Part shown: positions 21,750 through 25,542 of the stretch, piece after piece
How positions within the stretch are numbered: the stretch's first letter is position 1
Layout: every line of letters starts with the position of its first letter
Source of the DNA: a virus
Taxonomy: Duplodnaviria; Caudoviricetes
Reading direction: 5' to 3' (one strand)
Length of the DNA stretch: 25,542 bases
Virus record (IMG/VR): IMGVR_UViG_3300032219_000773
Location: 1-25,542 of that record
Notes under the pieces: model-generated
The model's database searches: none
Seen by the model: the letters and a program-made list of their open reading frames with translations, nothing else
Told to the model about the DNA's origin: nothing
Position numbers and translations under genes: made by a program

Positions 21750-23193
21750 CCCGTTAGCGTTTGTGTTGTTTGCGTTCCCTTGGGGTCAAAAAGGCACACC
21801 GTTAGAACACTTCACCGGCCCACGCAAATGGCAGCGCGAAGTGTTGTCAGACTTGACTGCCCACATTAAGCAAAACGGCGGCAAGATTGACTTTGACACG
21901 TTCAGGATGGCAACGTCCTCTGGCCGCGGTATTGGCAAATCGGCGTTAGTCAGTTGGCTTACCCTTTGGATGTTGTCCACCCGCATTGGTTCGACAACCA
22001 TTATTTCGGCAAACTCTGAGTCGCAGCTACGATCGGTCACCTGGGCAGAGATTACCAAGTGGTTGGCCATGTCACTTAACAGCCATTGGTTTGAGGTTAG
22101 CGCAACGCGACTCATGCCCGCTAAGTGGATTACAGAGCTTGTAGAGCGTGACCTAAAGAAAGGCACACGCTATTGGTCGGTGGAAGGACGGCTTTGGTCA
22201 AGCGAGAACCCTGACGCGTACGCGGGGGTTCACAACTACGACGGTGTGATGGTGATTTTTGACGAGGCCTCCGGTATTGACGACGCCATTTGGGCGGTGA
22301 CCGCTGGCTTCTTTACAGAAAACACGCCTAACCGCTTTTGGTTGGCGTTCTCTAACCCGCGCCGCAACACCGGCTACTTTTACGAATGCCACAACTCCAA
22401 GCGTGACTTTTGGAACACCAAGATTGTGGACGCAAGAACGGTCGAGGGTACGGACAAGGCGGTGTATCAGCAGATCATCGACGAATATGGCGCCGATTCA
22501 TCACAAGCTGCGGTTGAGGTCTACGGTGACTTTCCCTCTGCGGGTGATGATCAGTTTATCTCGAGCTCAATCGTTGACGAAGCCATGCGTCGCCCACGGC
22601 TCAAAGACCTGTCCGCCCCCATTATCGTGGGCGTTGACCCTGCACGGTTCGGTTCTGACTCGACCGTGATCGCCATACGCCAAGGGCGTGACATTATTGG
22701 CATCAAACGCTTTAAGGGCGACGATACGATGACCGTTGTGGGTCATGTCATTGAGTGTATTGAGGAATATAAGCCCGCGTTGGTGGTGATCGACGAAGGC
22801 GGCGTGGGCGGGGGCGTTGTAGACCGGCTAAAAGAGCAGCGGTACAAGATTCGGGGCGTAAATTTCGGAAATAAATCAAAAAACCCGCTTATGTATGGTA
22901 ATTTAAGGGCTCAGATGTGGGGTGATATGCGTCAATGGCTTAAAACTGCATCGATTCCTAGTGACAGAGTACTTAAAACTGATTTAATATCACCTGTAAT
23001 GAAGCCCGATTCTAAAGGTACGATCTTTTTAGAGTCTAAAAAGGACATGAAAGCGCGGGGCTTGGCTTCCCCTGATGCAGCAGATGCTATATGCGTGACG
23101 TTTGCATTCCCCGTCGCGCACCGAGAGTACGCAGAACCAAAACGCCGTAGTCAATCAACTAACAGTTTACAAACTTCTTGGATGGGAGCTTGA
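21673..23193 (+). CDS. terL: Terminase large subunit
   Basis: PRKWQ, SGRGIGKS Walker A, VIFDEA Walker B, FSNP, VGVDPARFGSD and SPDAADA nuclease motifs. Confidence 0.95.
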   Translation: MQTTQYSAAEEMALMSRLWSPKIKDDPLAFVLFAFPWGQKGTPLEHFTGPRKWQREVLSDLTAHIKQNGGKIDFDTFRMATSSGRGIGKSALVSWLTLWMLSTRIGSTTIISANSESQLRSVTWAEITKWLAMSLNSHWFEVSATRLMPAKWITELVERDLKKGTRYWSVEGRLWSSENPDAYAGVHNYDGVMVIFDEASGIDDAIWAVTAGFFTENTPNRFWLAFSNPRRNTGYFYECHNSKRDFWNTKIVDARTVEGTDKAVYQQIIDEYGADSSQAAVEVYGDFPSAGDDQFISSSIVDEAMRRPRLKDLSAPIIVGVDPARFGSDSTVIAIRQGRDIIGIKRFKGDDTMTVVGHVIECIEEYKPALVVIDEGGVGGGVVDRLKEQRYKIRGVNFGNKSKNPLMYGNLRAQMWGDMRQWLKTASIPSDRVLKTDLISPVMKPDSKGTIFLESKKDMKARGLASPDAADAICVTFAFPVAHREYAEPKRRSQSTNSLQTSWMGA

Positions 23194-23194
23194 A

Positions 23195-23656
23195 ATGCCT
23201 AATACACAAGCAATCGGTGTCGCGTATAGCGATCAAATTATCTCTGGCGGTACCGTTGACAATTCGCCTATTGGTTTAGCAACACCTAGCACAATCGAAG
23301 GTACAACTGTTTACGCAGACACAGAAATTGGTTATGGAACTCCGGCACAAGGTGCGGTCACTCAGCTTACAAGCAAATCTACCGGTGTGACGCTAAATAC
23401 GTCAGCCGGTCAGATTACGATGAACAACGCTTCACTGGCGACTGTGACCAACGTGACCTTTACGTTGACCAACAGCGTGTTGTCAGCCAAAGACGTACTG
23501 ATCCTAAACGTGTCGGGTGCGGCAACTGCCGGTGCTTACAACTGTTGGGTGTCTAGCATGGCCGCGGGTTCGGCAACTATTACCTTGCGTAACATTAGCG
23601 GCGGCTCTTTGTCTGAGGCTGTTGTCCTTAACTTTGCAATCATTCATTGTGCATAA
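23195..23656 (+). CDS. Ser/Thr-rich beta-structured protein, probably virion-associated
   Basis: Start at 23195 (SD GGGAG) just after terL stop; VTQLTSKSTGVTLN...GQITM pattern. Confidence 0.6.
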   Translation: MPNTQAIGVAYSDQIISGGTVDNSPIGLATPSTIEGTTVYADTEIGYGTPAQGAVTQLTSKSTGVTLNTSAGQITMNNASLATVTNVTFTLTNSVLSAKDVLILNVSGAATAGAYNCWVSSMAAGSATITLRNISGGSLSEAVVLNFAIIHCA

Positions 23657-23913
23657 TGGCTAAGAAATCCGTGTCGTTATCTGTAGGGCGAGGCGAAAAG
23701 CTATCTGTTAAAGAGGGCGCTGGGCTGACCGCTAAAGGGCGGGAGAAATACAACGCCGCCACAGGTAGCAACTTAAAAGCACCCGCCCCCAATCCTAAGA
23801 CCGAAGCAGATAAAGGGCGCAAGGCGTCCTTTTGTGCAAGAATGGGTGCGGTTGCAGCCCATGCCAAAGACGGCGAACGTGCAAAAGCATCTTTAAAAAG
23901 GTGGAAATGTTGA
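23656..23913 (+). CDS. Small basic conserved phage protein
   Basis: GAGLTAKGREKYN...RKASFCARMG...SLKRWKC; TAATG-coupled start. Confidence 0.7.
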   Translation: MAKKSVSLSVGRGEKLSVKEGAGLTAKGREKYNAATGSNLKAPAPNPKTEADKGRKASFCARMGAVAAHAKDGERAKASLKRWKC

Positions 23914-24056
23914 AAACTGGACTCTACGCAAATATTCACGCAAAACGCGAGCGCATTAAAGAGGGCTCGGGCGAGAAAATGAACAAAGTCGGGTCAAAAA
24001 ACGCCCCGACTGCCAAAGACTTTAAACAATCAGCCAAAACTGCAAAGAAGAAATGA
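23907..24056 (+). CDS. Small basic conserved phage protein (49 aa)
   Basis: GLYANIHAKRERIKEGSGEKM...APTAKDFKQSAKTAKKK; SD AGGTGG; ATGA-coupled to groES. Confidence 0.7.
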   Translation: MLKTGLYANIHAKRERIKEGSGEKMNKVGSKNAPTAKDFKQSAKTAKKK

Positions 24057-24298
24057 TCCAACCTCTACACGACAACATTGCGGTGCGCCCTGACCCGTTT
24101 GTTCAAAGCGGGCTGATTATTATGCCCGAGGAAGACACCCGCACAGGCGTGGTCGTGGCAGTCGGGCCTGGCAAGAAAGACTCAAAACGGCCTTTAATGG
24201 TGAGCGTAGGTGATCATGTCATGTACAGCGGTACAATTGACCGCAAGTACGAAGATTTGATCCTGATGAAAGACAAGGACGTAATCGGATTGGTATGA
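24053..24298 (+). CDS. groES: GroES/Cpn10-like co-chaperonin
   Basis: IQPLHDNIAV, SGLIIMP mobile loop, GVVVAVGPG, VSVGDHV, LILMKDKDVIGLV. Confidence 0.88.
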   Translation: MIQPLHDNIAVRPDPFVQSGLIIMPEEDTRTGVVVAVGPGKKDSKRPLMVSVGDHVMYSGTIDRKYEDLILMKDKDVIGLV

Positions 24299-25542
24299 AA
24301 GACAAAGACATCATAGAAACCGCATTGCATCGCATGACAATGGCGATTGCCGCCTATTCTGATAGCCGTGAGGATGAACTTGATGATCTTCGATTCTACG
24401 CAGCAAGTCCAGACAACCAATTCCAATGGCCAGCCGACGTACTCGCTACGCGAGGCTCAGTTCAGGGCCAAACAATTAACGCTCGACCTTGTCTTACCAT
24501 CAACAAACTCCCCCAGCACGTCAGACAAGTCACCAACGACCAACGCCAAAATCGACCAAGTGGAAAAGTAATCCCCGCTGACGACAAGGCCGACGTTGAG
24601 GTCGCTGAGATTTTCAACGGCATGGTGCGTCACATTGAGTATATGTCTGACGCGGACGTGGCGTACGACACCGCTTGTGAAAACCAAGTGGCGTATGGTG
24701 AGGGCTATATCCGGCTGCTCACCGAGTACGAAAGCCCCAATTCGTTTGATCAAAACATCAAGATTGGGCGTATCCGCAATTCATTCTCAGTCTACATGGA
24801 TCCAACGATCCAAGACCCGTGCGGCTCAGACGCACAATGGTGTTTTGTGACTGAAGACTTAATGCTTGAAGACTTTGAGCGTATGTTTCCGGATGCACAA
24901 CCCGTGTCCTCGCTCCAGGCGCAAAGCGTGGGTAACGAATCTTACGCACCGTGGTTAAGCGTAGACACCATCCGGATTGCCGATTATTACTACGTCGAGC
25001 ATGAAAAAGCTACACTAAACCTCTACTACGGCAACGTAAGTGCCATGAAAGGCTCGCCTGAAGACCAGCAAATGGTTCAGATGGGTATGAAGCCAATCAA
25101 GAGCCGTATTGTGGACGTCAAGAAAGTCAAACATTGCAAGATCAACGGTTTTGAGGTGTTGGAATCAAACGATTGGGCAGGTGATTGGATTCCGGTTGTG
25201 CGAGTGGTTGGCAACGAATTTGAGATTGACGGGCGTATTCATGTGTCGGGCATTGTGCGTAATGCCAAGGATGCTCAACGTATGTACAACTATTGGGTAA
25301 GCCAAGAGGCTGAGATGTTGGCTTTGGCGCCTAAAGCACCATTTATCGGTTACGGCGGTCAGTTTGAGGGCTACGAAACGCAATGGAAAACAGCCAACAC
25401 GACTAACTGGCCGTATCTAGAGGTAAACCCTGATGTGACCGACGGTGCGGGTAGTGCATTACCGATCCCACAACGCGCCCAACCCCCTATGGCGTCAAGT
25501 GGCTTACTGCAAGCCAAAGCGGGTGCTAGCGACGATATTAAA
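24295..25542 (+). CDS. P22-like portal protein (5' part; runs off window; not in ORF track)
   Basis: Open frame from ATG 24295: MKDKDIIETALHRM...QWPADV...RPCLTINKLPQHVRQVTNDQRQNRP...GEGYIR...GIVRNAKDAQRMYNYW. Confidence 0.93.
   Translation, partial: MKDKDIIETALHRMTMAIAAYSDSREDELDDLRFYAASPDNQFQWPADVLATRGSVQGQTINARPCLTINKLPQHVRQVTNDQRQNRPSGKVIPADDKADVEVAEIFNGMVRHIEYMSDADVAYDTACENQVAYGEGYIRLLTEYESPNSFDQNIKIGRIRNSFSVYMDPTIQDPCGSDAQWCFVTEDLMLEDFERMFPDAQPVSSLQAQSVGNESYAPWLSVDTIRIADYYYVEHEKATLNLYYGNVSAMKGSPEDQQMVQMGMKPIKSRIVDVKKVKHCKINGFEVLESNDWAGDWIPVVRVVGNEFEIDGRIHVSGIVRNAKDAQRMYNYWVSQEAEMLALAPKAPFIGYGGQFEGYETQWKTANTTNWPYLEVNPDVTDGAGSALPIPQRAQPPMASSGLLQAKAGASDDIK

Noticed and set aside
24347-25383. 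Short ORFs listed over the last 1.2 kb
   Set aside because: All are shadows of the open portal frame starting at 24295.
1-25542. TGA recoding (genetic code 4 or 25) suggested by the TGA at 37-39
   Set aside because: TGA is used as a stop with ATGA coupling at 291, 800, 7350, 13667, 24056 and 24298, and long genes are intact in code 11.

Overview
About 25.5 kb of a tailed dsDNA phage genome with a P22-like portal and ejection proteins, i.e. podovirus-like. A Beta/Gammaproteobacterial host is inferred from an E. coli-type LexA box. Gene order: end of a Gly-rich virion gene, cupin protein, three DNA-ejection proteins, and a lysis cassette (small TM protein, 3-TM holin, T4-T-like holin, GH108 endolysin). 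Converging on these is a minus-strand operon (VRR-NUC, minimal C5-methyltransferase, SNF2-type helicase, small genes). Divergently follows a replication operon (Cas4-like DUF2800 nuclease, SSB candidate, family A DNA polymerase, RepB-type primase-helicase), then a minus-strand early operon of small genes with a radical-SAM-like protein. A ~670 bp control region precedes the packaging/head genes (terS, terL, small proteins, groES, portal running off the end). No integrase, repressor, tRNA or CRISPR array is visible. The most striking signals are non-coding. The control region has 9-bp iterons converging on an AT-rich core that holds a near-consensus LexA box on an SOS-type promoter, plus tandem PhaR-type boxes, three palindromic operators and iterons overlapping a probably leaderless terS promoter. 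A pseudoknotted RNA candidate sits directly upstream of the polymerase. All family assignments come from motif recognition by eye, not database searches.
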